Below, in pieces: positions 52,015 to 64,000 of a stretch of DNA of 64,000 bases. Location: assembly GCA_951406725.2 (NCBI GenBank), contig OX597833.1, forward strand, positions 15,128,001 through 15,192,000. The letters are read 5' to 3'. Position 1 is the first letter of the stretch, and each line of letters begins with the position of its first letter. The position numbers and the translations under genes were made by a program. The notes beneath the pieces are model-generated. The model had not been told where the DNA came from. It saw only the letters and a program-made list of their open reading frames with translations, and searched no databases. The DNA is from Octopus vulgaris (lineage: Eukaryota).

Positions 52015-52269
52015 ATAATAATAATATTTATAATAGTAATAACAATAATAATAATAATAAAGATGATGATGATGATAACAATAATAATAATTACGAGTGG
52101 TGGTATTCTGCTTACTACCACACATTTGCTTATGAGTTGCTTGACCTTAATCAGTTGAGCATGTCCCTCAGTTGCTTACAATGTGTGCATCTCTTTTCCT
52201 TCACTTATCCCCCTAGGACGATGGATGTGTCTCGGCTAGTGATTGTAACAATTATTCAGATTAAAAGTA

Positions 52270-52359
<90 letters not shown>

Positions 52360-52360
52360 T

Positions 52361-52520
52361 AGGCGTATGAGTGGCTGTGTGGTAAGTAGCTTTCTTACCA
52401 ACCACATGGTTCCGGGTTCAGTCTCACTGCGTAGCACCTTGGACAAGTGTCTTCTACTACCGACCAAAGTCTTGTGAGTGGATTTGGTAGACGGAAACTG
52501 AAAGAAGCCCGTCGTATATA
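52361..52520 (+). mobile_element. SINE-A 5' half
   Basis: Head to gaagcccgtcgtatata, followed by a Dong-like 3' end. Confidence 0.85.
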
Positions 52521-53137
52521 TTTATATATATATATATATATATATGGCACACTAGGCATAACAACGACGTGCACTTCCAACCTGTTGTCTCTTGAGGTCT
52601 CTGGGTGAGACTTGGAGCCAACTTGTACATACATAAAGCAAAAGTCAAACATAGAATAATAATAATAGAAAGATTTAAACTCAAATTATATTAGGAGATA
52701 ATGACTAGATCTTACAATTATCTCATGTGACATTGAAATATATTGGCCTTTAACGAATCGTTTGAAACTTTTCCAATCTAACATTACATCAGTTAAAACA
52801 AACACATAATGAATATTCGGCAAATTTAGGTGCCAAACATTACAGGTGAGTTTAAGTAAGTTTGTATTCCACAGGTGCTAGTTGCCTTAGCTTAATTTCC
52901 CGGTATTCTTAGCTTAGTTACCTTAGCTTAATTTCCTGCGATATAATCCAGCATTTTAATTAGAGATTCTACAGACGAACATTCGACCAAATACTTTCTA
53001 GTATAAGGCAATCGTTGCAGAAGAGGGATCGAACCCATATCCTCCGAATTGCTAGTTAAACGCTGAACCATACGTTTTTACACAGACACGCAAACACAGA
53101 GATATACGTACATTCATATACAAAGATGTACATGTCA

Positions 53138-53548
53138 TAGGCTCAGGAGTATCTGTGTGATAAGTGGCTTGCTTACCCACCATAGAGTTCCAGATTCAGT
53201 CCCACTGCGTGGCACCTTGGGCAAGTATATTCTGCTATAGCCTCGGGCCGACCAAAGCCTTGTGAGTGGATTTGGTAGACGGAGATTGAAAGAAGCCCAT
53301 CGTGTGTATATATGTATGTGTGCATACATGTATATGTGTCTGTGTTTGTCTTCCCAACATCACTTGACAACCGATGCTGGTGTGTTTACGTCCCCGTAAC
53401 CTAGCGTTTCGGCAAAAAAAGTGTCCGATAGTATAAGTACTAGGCTTACAAAGAATAAGTCCTGGGGTTGATTTGCTCGACTAAAGGCGGTGCTCCAGCA
53501 TGGCCGCAGTCATATGACTGAAACAAGTGAAAGAGTAAACGAGTAAGA
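53138..53548 (+). mobile_element. SINE-A, full length
   Basis: Head and tail match consensus. Confidence 0.9.
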
Positions 53549-54093
53549 ATATGCCATATTCATAGAAGCTAATGTATTGATCCTATCTATTGGGACCAAT
53601 CAATAACCAATAACAGATTCAATCACTGAGTGGGTCTGGTCGGAATCTCTTTAATATTAGGTCCTATGTAGCTATACAATATAACAAAAAAATCAATTTC
53701 TATAAAGATAATTGATTACTACGGTCGTTAGCATGGCGGAGATATATATATTCAATGTTATATTAACTTACGACACTTCATGTTCTGATTTCAAGTCATA
53801 TCAAGGTCAACTTATTAATTCATTTCCCGATATCGATAGAGTTATGTAACTACCAAATAGAGCGTTCAGTTTAATCAAATCATATGTTTCGCTAAAATAG
53901 TATGTGGCCTGTTTCGATATTTGTAAATCGATAATGCAGTTTTTACATACCGTGTGGTATCTGTCTTCGTTTAAATATACCTTGCAACCAAATACGACGT
54001 GTAACAGCTACAATCTCAGTGGCATGGACAATTCTTTATTCATTAGCAATGAACATACATTAATGTTGATGATGCTGATGATGCTGATGATGA

Positions 54094-54192
<99 letters not shown>

Positions 54193-54235
54193 TAATAATA
54201 ATAAATTGATAATAACAATTGACAATAATAATAAC

Positions 54236-54282
<47 letters not shown>

Positions 54283-54301
54283 TAATAATAATAATGATAC
54301 T

Positions 54302-54652
54302 AATGATAAAGTTTCTCTAAAAGAAACGGAGAAATTTTCAAAATACAAAGACCTACAAATAGAGGTATCTCAAATGTGGAATCTAAAAACAGACACAATT
54401 CCTATCATAGTATTCGCGTTAGGTATGATTATAAAAAATATTCAGACAAATACATAATAACAACCCCTGGACTTACAAATATATATATAACATACAGAAA
54501 ATTGCACTACTGGGCACTGCACATATCCTACGCAAAACATTCTCAATACAGAAACCATCAGAGCATCACAACATATCACAGCACGTACTCAAGGTACACA
54601 GAGCTGCGCTCGGTAGTGCAGTGAAAGCACGTGATAAAAATAAGACTACTGA
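54302..54652 (+). mobile_element. R4/Dong-like 3' fragment, frameshifted
   Basis: Homologous to 51663-52014; lies after (TAA)n. Confidence 0.88.
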
Positions 54653-54929
54653 ATAAGTATAACAATAATAATGATAAAGATGTAGATGATAAGAAGAGTA
54701 ATAAATAGGCAGCGTAGGTTTGGCGGTTGATTTATTTATTTGTCCATTCATGAAAGCAGAATATATTTTCGACCATCGCCATAGAAAAATACAGCGAGAT
54801 CGAAACAAGGATGTGAATGAAGATTTCATATACATATACTTGTGTGCGTGTGTATGAGTGTGTGTGTGTGTGCGTGTGTGTGTGCGTGTGTGTGTGTGAG
54901 TGTAACTCTGTACACGCTCTTTAACTCTC

Positions 54930-55014
<85 letters not shown>

Positions 55015-55071
55015 GTATGTATGTAGGTAGGTCTCAATATATGAATGAATAGAAATACATAGATGTGTGTT

Positions 55072-55113
<42 letters not shown>

Positions 55114-55238
55114 TACATATATATATATATATATATATGCCTATATATATAGATGGATACATAGAATGATAGATAGATAGATCATACCTACATATATACA
55201 TACACACACATATAGGTAAATGTATAAATATACACATG

Positions 55239-55548
<310 letters not shown>

Positions 55549-55662
55549 TGCACGTGTTTTTCCCCTCCTCCAATTTATGTCCACACTTCACGAAATGCTG
55601 CAACATCCACATTAAATGGCGTCATGTCAATATTGTTATGTACTCGATGAAAAACAGTAAAA

Positions 55663-55733
<71 letters not shown>

Positions 55734-56736
55734 CAGAAATGTTTCGAAAGAAGAATTACAACCATCGACATCGCAAACCATATATTATCTGTGACAGATT
55801 AAATAACAGTTGACGTAACTCGTAATGCAATTTCTTTTTTTTCAGGTATTCTAAAAGTGTTGAGTTGTACGAAGCCAAAATAATGATATAGAGCTAGTTT
55901 CGATGATAATATCTGCATATATTATACTTCTGTGATAGCAGTAACTACAATGTTCCTATATGTCCACTGACAGGTTGTGAAGCTCAGCCTGTAGACTACT
56001 CGATACAATCATGCAATCATCTGCTGCAGTATTTGGTAGTTTATAGACGCGGTTTTTATGTAGGGCCTCGGCAATATTATAGTGTTTTATGCTGTAATAT
56101 TCACATTAGATAAATACAAACTACAGAATTACCGATGTCTTTAAAGCAGTGTGATCGTATTTCACCCGTGGATATGAGAATATGGTTCTTTTACACCTGT
56201 TTTTCTCATAGTTGTACGTTATATCAACAGCATGTAATCAATAAATTTCTCGTAATTATTTCACTGAAAATTGAAGGCAATTATTGCTACCAAGAGGAAA
56301 TGTATCTCCTTTTCTTGTTTCTCCTCTCCCCACCCACACACACTTACTTACACTCACTCAAGCGCACATACGATATCTCTGACATTCTCTCTTTCATATA
56401 TGTCTCTCTTTGATCATATGTGTGTGTCTATGTGTATGTGCATACATATTTATATACACACACACACCTCTATCTATAGATATGTGTGCGCATGTGTATT
56501 ATGTATGATTAAATAAGATTCCGGTAAAATCCTTAAATCTTTGTAGAATGCTATGCAAAGCCCGTCCACTGATATTGGCTATTTGATGTCATCATATAGA
56601 GGAAATGCTCTCGCTACAAGGTATGCATCATGTATTCTGTAATATCAGTTGAGTTTATATGAATATATAAATGACAGATATTGAAATGAACGATATTGTT
56701 TAATTAAAATCATTACACACATTTCAACACATCGTA

Positions 56737-57301
56737 TTGGGTTGTCCGGAAAGTTCGTGTCGATTTATAGTAGGTTACTTATTTTAGAACATTGTTGAGT
56801 CCATAAAATATGATTTGAGGACACCTCCATTTAGAGCACAGTTTAAGCTATCTTTTCGTGGAAGAAGGTTTATATTCCTATAACCTGTGTTAATTCTGTA
56901 ACCCTTTAAAATGGAAGATAAGAAAGTTCATTTTCGGCACTTGATGCTTTGGGAACCAGACAAAAATTGCTGCAGCTCGGCTGGGATGTGTTATCCCACC
57001 CTCCATATCCACCAGATATTGCTCCTTCGGATTTCCACTTATTCAGGTCTCTGCAGAATAGTCTTAATGGTAAAAATTTCAATTCCTTGGATGACGTAAA
57101 AAGATACCTTGATGAATTCTTTGCCATGAAACCACCTCAATTCTGGAAAGAGGGTATTTTCAAAGTAAAGGAAAGATGAAGATGGAGACGCATTGTGCAA
57201 CAAAATGGTTCATATTTTGTTGATTAAAAATGTAATGGCAAGTATTTATTGACCCTTTTTCTTTCCTTTAAAAATCGGCACGAACTTTCCGGACAACCCA
57301 A
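56737..57301 (+). mobile_element. Internally deleted mariner (mellifera/cecropia-like)
   Basis: TIRs ttgggttgtccggaaagttcgtg / cacgaactttccggacaacccaa, left TA. MEDKKVHFRHLML is fused to TRQKLLQLGWDVLSHPPYPPDIAPSDFHLF. Confidence 0.93.
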
Positions 57302-58112
57302 CACAATTTTACTCCACTGGTGTTGTATCGAGCAGTCTTTATAATACATCCATTCTGTGATATGCGCTTCCTCAGGTGATTTTTCACACAAGTCCTTCGT
57401 GGGAGTCTCTCGTCACTGTATACAGTGTGATATTGCATAACCATACACACATATAGCAAGTAAGTGGATATATGGAACAATAATTATACGGCGCACGTAA
57501 GGATCCCGATTAATCTACTGTGCTTTCTAATTGCTTCAAAATTTATATAAAAACTAGTCGAAAATAAATTAAGCTTGTGTCAGGAATGGGGCACTGTTGT
57601 TTTGTCGCGAAAGAAACGGAGGGTGAATTAAATCTTTGAAAGTTGACTAATATAGGAATTGTCAGTCTTCGCTCCTTTAATATTTTATTATCTCTAAATG
57701 CTTAATTGTATTCATTATTTTACTCTTGACTCTCTTTCGAAATTTCTTTTCTATAATCTTATCATTAATGTAGAATGTATCAATTTCTGTGTGCAGGAAT
57801 GCATGTGTGTACGATGCAATGCCACCTACGTTTGAGTTAGAGTACAAGGTAAATTATGTCGACAGAAGACTGTACAGGTCACTGTTTTGATTTCGATATA
57901 TATATATATATATATATATATACGTTTATGAACTTGTTGCAAGATCCCTAACGTGAAATCGTGTGTTGAAACAGATGTGGTAACAACAATAACAGATACG
58001 ACAACCACAACAACGACTACGACGATGGCAGCAGCGTGGGCGAAAACACAGAGAGTTACAAGAATGGTACAAAATGTCAGGTTCAAGGGAAGCACCAGCG
58101 GCAATGAGGTAG

Positions 58113-58145
<33 letters not shown>

Positions 58146-58149
58146 GTAT

Positions 58150-58381
58150 AGGCGGCGAGCTGGCAGAAACGTTAGCACGCCGGGCGAAATGCTTAGCGGT
58201 ATTTCGTCTGCCGTTACGTTCTGGGTTCAAATTCCGCCGAGGTCGACTTTGCCTTTCATCATTTCGGGGTCGATTAAATAAGTACCAGTTACGCACTGGG
58301 GTCGATATAATCGACTTAATCCGTTTGTCTGTCCTTGTTTGTTCCCTCTATGTGTAGCCCCTTGTGGGTAGTAAAGAAATA
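58150..58381 (+). mobile_element. SINE-B monomer
   Basis: Full length, inserted in (TA)n. Confidence 0.93.
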
Positions 58382-58582
58382 TATATATATATATGTATAT
58401 ATATAAAGTAAAAAGTAAAAGAGACAAAGAGAAGAGTAATTACGTTGAGGCAGCTTTTTAATAGCTACAAGTGTGTCGACGCATACAGATCCTCGTATAT
58501 ACAGGATTTAAAGTTGAAAATATATTATTTAACAATTTACCTGTATAAGAAGATCTATATGTATCTCCTCAGGCAATTTTTT

Positions 58583-58967
58583 TGGAAGCACTCCGTCGGT
58601 TACGACGACGAGGGTTCCGGTTGATCCGAATCAACGGAACAGCCTGCTCGTGAAATTAACGTGTAAGTGGCTGAGCACTCCGCAGACACGTGTACCCTTA
58701 ACGTAGTTCTCGGGGATATTCAGCGTGACACAGAGAGTGACAAGGCCGGCCCTTTGAAATACAGGTACAACAGAAACAGGAAGTAAGAGTGAGAGAAATT
58801 TGTGGTGAAAGAGTACAGCAGGGATCACCACAATCCCCTGCCGGAGCCTCGTGGAGCTTTTAGGTGTTTTCGCTCAATAAACACTCACAACGCCCGGTCT
58901 GGGAATCGAAACCGCGATCCTACGACCGCGAGTCCGCTGCCCTAACCACTGGGCCATTGCGCCTCCA
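58583..58967 (-). mobile_element. SINE-C type 1, full length
   Basis: TSD cctcaggcaat. Confidence 0.93.
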
Positions 58968-59231
58968 CCCTCAGGCAATACTCAGTTGCTGTTTCCGTAA
59001 GTAAAATTTAGATTTCTATGCTGCAACATCCTTGGCTTCTTCTTTGACTCTTTTACTTTTTACTTTTTATTTTTCACACACGAGGAATACCTAAGACTAG
59101 AATTGGTAGCATTCCATAAGAATACTACCGCCTATTTGGAAATTCTAAGGGTAAAATTACTCTATTTGTACTCTTATACGTTCTCAACAGAACACAACTC
59201 AACTGACTATATATATATATATATTATATAT

Positions 59232-59311
<80 letters not shown>

Positions 59312-59525
59312 ACTAATGTAGGATAAAATTTTTTTTCGGGAAAAAATTTTTTATCAATGGCCAGCATATCAAAAAATACCTTTAAAGGTTAAATTTATAA
59401 ATAATTTACAGTATTCTAGAAAAAGATTCTAAGGCCAAATATGCCGAAACAAAAAAATGTCGGTTACCATTATAATTTATGCGTCTCGAAACAAACCGAT
59501 AGTAATCTCTAAAAAATTCGTTATT

Positions 59526-59583
59526 ACCGTATTGGTCCAATTTCGGGGTTAATTCATAAGAAAATTTTCCCCTCTTCAGCGGC
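59526..59583 (-). ncRNA. Type I hammerhead motif (left arm)
   Basis: RC: gccg CTGAAGA gggg [21 nt] cccc GAAAT tggacca ATA cggt. Confidence 0.75.
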
Positions 59584-59641
59584 AAACACGCAAGATATAA
59601 GTGGGGTATGAGTAAGTATTTCACTTATATTTCGCGTATTT

Positions 59642-59699
59642 GCCGCTGAAGAGGGGACAATTTTCTTATGAATTAACGCCGAAATTGGACCAATACGGT
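59642..59699 (+). ncRNA. Type I hammerhead motif (right arm)
   Basis: gccg CTGAAGA gggg..cgcc GAAAT tggacca ATA cggt; one helix II mismatch. Confidence 0.7.
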
Positions 59700-59823
59700 A
59701 ATAACGAATTTTCTAGAGATTTCTATCGGTTTGTTTCGAGATGCATAAATTATAATGGTTACCGACAATTTTTTGTTTCGGCATATTTGGCATTAGAATT
59801 TTTTTCTTCTGCCCTTATATTGT

Positions 59824-59872
<49 letters not shown>

Positions 59873-60646
59873 TATTATATTTGTTTATCGAATCGAATAT
59901 TATACATTGATTTGAATATTTAGATTCATCTTTTCTTATGAATATTCAAATTTACATAGAATTCCTCAGTTTTTAAACCGTTTAGTCCCCTGAGATATTC
60001 CCCATTATGAAAAATATTATTTTTACAAATATTTCGTTATGTTCATTGAAATTATTATATGACACGAAGTAGGTACTTATGAAATATGTTCAGCCCCTTA
60101 CATTGTGTGACGTTCCCAGATGACGAGGCTTATTTTCCACAAATTATTCTATTTCATTATTGTTCTTGACAATATAACGCAATTCTAACAAAAAAAATCC
60201 TTGTTTTCTATTATCTTGTTTTACATTCATAAACGCTGCATTTCCCAGAGGTGAAAAAAAAAAACTAAATGAGTTCCGCAGAGTGTTATTCAAATAGTTA
60301 ATTGAATAAATGCCTTTGGTGTGTACCTTATAAATAGCATATGTGAAAACTACATAAAACAATCGACTTATTAAGAAAAAGCCGAACGACAATGGAATAC
60401 AAAACCATTGTGGAAACGTTTCGTTAAGACGTTATAGGCACAATAGAAACAAACTATAAATATTCATTTGTGAAATTGTAATTTGCACAAAAGGAGAACG
60501 GTGTCTAAATTCAGTGTACCAATTATAACGTGCCAAAACTTTTAAAGTATTAATGTGATTGCACACGGGGAGATTTTGTTTTCTGCACAGATGTCAGTTT
60601 AATGAGCATAGCTTTTCGTGGGCAGAAGGTATTGGAGATCAAATTT

Positions 60647-61303
60647 GAGGATCTTTACCTTTTGACCGACAGATTTAAAAAATAATTTTTTGTAACTAAA
60701 CACTTTCAAACTTCGGACACTGGTAGAATGTGTCACATAAAACATCTTCTACTCTTAACATTTTTGAGAAAGACTTATATTTACGAAGTTATTTCACGTT
60801 AAAGTAGTCGTATTGTGGTATTTTCAACCAATCGATGACGTGTATTCAGCTGAATAAAATTACTGCCGTTGTCCGTCAACAAGAAGTTCTGGCGGTGTAT
60901 ATTTCGTTTGTCACTGTTATTTAAGACAACGCTAACCCTAAAACCCTAACCCTAAAACCCTAACCCTAAATCCCTAACCCTAACCCTAAAACCTTAAAAC
61001 CAGTACAAACTCACGAACGATGTCATAAATAACAGTGAAAAACGAAAAATACCCCACCGATAGTTGTTGTTGACAAACAACGGCAGTAAGTTCATTCAGC
61101 TGAATACACAGCATTGATTGGTTGAAATTGCCGAAATACGACAACTTTAACGTGAAATACGTTCGAAAATATAATTTTTTCTCAAAAACGCTGAGAGTAA
61201 AAGATATTTTACATGACACATTCTACCAGAGTCCGAGGTTTGAAAGTGTTTAGTTACAAAATATTATTTTTTTAAAATCTGTCGGTCAAAAGGTAAAATC
61301 CTC
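60647..61303. mobile_element. MITE with ~285-bp TIRs and central (CCCTAA)-like array
   Basis: gaggatctttaccttttgaccgacag / ctgtcggtcaaaaggtaaaatcctc, aaattt on both flanks, telomere-like repeats at 60932-61000. Confidence 0.88.
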
Positions 61304-62142
61304 AAATTTTACTGCTAGCTGCCATGTTTCAAATAATGATTATGTGTCTTTAAGATTCATTTTGTATATTAGCTGAACAAGAAACACGGCGCTCGAGAGT
61401 GAATGTAATTCGCTTATGTAGAAGTGTTGCTGTGTGTAGCGACATATACCATGCATTGCTGAAAATGACGGGGAATATAACCGCATTTATATTCTACGTT
61501 TTTCATCGGTGTATTGATGAAAGTTACGTGGACATTATGAAATACATGTGTATCTGCTACATTTGAACGCTAAAATTATGTACACAAATGCGATTGTAAT
61601 AAAGGAGCTTAACGCTTGTTCTTTATGGATTTATCGAAACAGTTCTCGAATTTTTTTATAAAAGGGGAGTTATTATTCATGCTGAAGTGTGTTGCGAAAC
61701 GTAAAGTAATTAAATTATACTCGCAAATTTACAAAACCTGTTATAATTTACATGATTAATTATGACCAAGAATTGCAAAAGAGACAATCCCAGAATGAAA
61801 ATGAAAATGAATTTGAATTAAATTAATTATAGAAAGCGAGTAGATTGTGAATCTGGTCTTCATCACTAATTCCGGATAGATTTTCGCATAATTATTTTCC
61901 ATCAGATGCTGAGACAAGTTGGCAGAGTCGTTAGCGCATCGTTGGTGTACAAAGAGGCGTTTGTTCCCATCCTCCACGTCCTAAATTCAAATTCTGTTGA
62001 CGTCGACTTTACATTTCAGCCTTTATTCTGTTGACAGAATAAATAACAGATCACTCGAGGTCAATGTAACAAAACTAACACTCGCATCCAAATATTGCAT
62101 GTCCTGTGCCAAATTTTTGAGACCATTATGTTTTATATGCAA

Positions 62143-62538
62143 CTAGCAGTATCGCCCGGCGTTGCTCGGGTTTGTAAGGGAAATAACTATATAAGCATTT
62201 TTAGAGAGTTATAGCAAAGAAATAGCAAAAAAATGCATTAAAAATGGAATAAAAAATTATGGTAATTTTTTTTTAAATCGTTGACTCATTGTAGACATTT
62301 TTAGAGAGTTACTTCCCTTATATAATAGCGAAAAAATGCATTAAAATGGAAAAAATGATGGTAAATTTTTTAAAAATCGTAGACTCATCGTAGACGCGCG
62401 CTAATACCCAGAAGGGCTCGATATGAATCACGACTATAAGATACCCGCTTTTGGTTAAACTGCACCACAAAATGTGGGAGTAGTTAGGAATCTAAATTGT
62501 AGGAGACAGACACACAACTTCACTTTTATATATAAAGA
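62143..62538 (-). mobile_element. Non-autonomous Helitron (H1)
   Basis: Matches 30648-31042. Confidence 0.9.
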
Positions 62539-63048
62539 CTAGCAGTATCGCCCGGCGTTGCTCGGGTTTGTAAGGGAAATAACTATATAAGCATTTTTAG
62601 AGAGTTACTTCCCTTATAGATGCCAATTCGGGCTTTCTTAGCCATTTCTGTTTTGGTGTCTTCAAGCCATGAAGTCGTTGTTCTAAAAGAACGCTGGTCT
62701 CCTTGACAACGCTTTACGACGTTGATTTCCTTACACTCCCTTCCCCACAGCTTCACGAGGGAGGGAAGAAGGGGGAGAAGCAAACATGTGCAGATGTGAG
62801 CGTGAACGCCAACTCCGCCGCCATCGACACACGAAAAATTATCCATTAAAATGGAATAAAAAATGATGTTAAATTATTTTTAAAATCGTAGACTCATAGA
62901 CGCGCACTAATACTCAGACGGGCTCGATATGAATCGCGACTATAAGATACCCGAATTTGGTTAAACTGCACCGCAAAATGTGGGAGTAGTTAGGAATCTA
63001 AATCGAAGGGGTCAGACACTCACACAACTACAGTTTTATATATAAAGA
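62539..63048 (-). mobile_element. Non-autonomous Helitron (H1 variant with unique internal segment)
   Basis: Same termini; abuts the previous copy with no gap. Confidence 0.88.
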
Positions 63049-63414
63049 TATCTTAGAATAACTGCAGAGGATACACAATCTTTTCATTAATGAAATCTGT
63101 GTAGTATGGTAAACCATGAGAACAATGCAGGTTTTATTCTTCATCATTCTTCTCTACGTTCTTTATGACTTTTCGTAACTTCTCTCCCCCAAACATATTT
63201 TCTCAACATTATTTATTCATTCATCGTATAAGCCTGATACAATAGAAACAATTCCCGTCATTTCGAACGGGCTTATATTTTATATTGCATTTTAGAAATA
63301 TTATAGATATAATCATTGGTTATTACATGAGGTTCATTGCAGAAATTTTGAGATTTTTTCAGGAGAGACATTTATTTATTTCGCAGAAATACAAAACTCT
63401 AATCACTTTTTAAA

Positions 63415-63745
63415 TAGGATCCTCTCACCTTAATTCAGTTCCTGTCGCGCTTCAATCACTTCGAGAAGGCTCTATCGAAGTCCTCCAATTTGAAGGTGTT
63501 CAGTGGCTTCGGCGCTACTTCCTTTATCTTCTGAATGTGTTCCAAATAACTGCACCTAAGGATCTCCTTCAGCTTTGGGTATAACCAAACGTCACAGAGA
63601 GAAAAGTCTGGCCTTTGGGGAAGGTGAAGCTACAGCTTTGATGCCCACCTCGGTGAAGTAATTATTTACCGGTTCTTGTTCTGGTACATTATCCTGGTAC
63701 ATGTACCACCAATCCAAGTGCAAGAGATTAAGACACATCTGCCGG
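63415..63745 (-). pseudogene. Decayed mariner transposase C-terminal fragment
   Basis: RC translation WYMYQDNVP..GIKAV..PDFSLCDVWLYPKLKEILR..EDFDRAFSK, corresponding to HxDNAP and YSPDLAPxDFxLFPKLK motifs. Confidence 0.78.
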
Positions 63746-64000
63746 CTAGGAATAACGAAGTCGAGCACACATACACAAGACATATGTGTGTTGTTAGCAC
63801 GTCAGGAGGCTGCGGTTTTTTTTGAGACGTATAAGAATCCTATCTTTTGCCGCTTCCATTTGCCAAATCCGTTCACAAACCTATGGTCGGCCCGAGGCTA
63901 TAATTGCAACTACTCGCCCAAGGTGTCAGTCAATGGGATTAAACATAAATATCATTAAAAAATGGTTGTAAAGAAAATGTAAAATCAAAGATTACGCAAA

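Larger units (their letters stand above)
59312..59830. mobile_element. Foldback element with one-sided tail in (TA)n
   Basis: Arms about 59400-59603 and 59622-59830; unpaired tail 59312-59400. Confidence 0.85.

Noticed and set aside
53015-53075. tRNA gene on the minus strand
   Set aside because: Only a T-arm/B-box and partial anticodon arm are visible; no acceptor stem. Probably a decayed SINE head or tRNA pseudogene.
60226-60297. Continuation of the receptor-like peptide (AAFPRGEKKKLNEFRRVLFK)
   Set aside because: No suitable AG acceptor upstream and an in-frame stop follows; likely chance.
60932-61000. Chromosome end or fusion scar
   Set aside because: Short, degenerate and enclosed within MITE TIRs.

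Overview
AT-rich, repeat-saturated animal DNA (intergenic or intronic). The SINE repertoire suggests an octopus or other cephalopod genome; this is an inference, not a database result. No intact host protein-coding gene can be supported, and almost all listed ORFs are translations of microsatellites or SINEs. The window contains three tRNA-headed SINE families (here A, B, C), 5'-truncated LINE ends (CR1-like, R4/Dong-like, probable L1/Tx1-like), three mariner remnants, five non-autonomous Helitrons, a long-TIR MITE with a telomere-like core, a 19-bp minisatellite and many microsatellites. Two signals stand out. (1) About 13 type I hammerhead-ribozyme-like motifs from about 9 unrelated sequence families sit in short elements embedded in (TA)n tracts. 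Several are back-to-back in foldback palindromes (Penelope-like terminal repeats), and several have non-canonical cores, including an apparent compensatory A3:U8 pair. (2) SINE-B arrays look built by repeated insertion into one fixed site inside pre-existing SINE-B copies, and a candidate partner LINE 3' end is in the same window. Coordinates were read by eye and may be off by a few bases.
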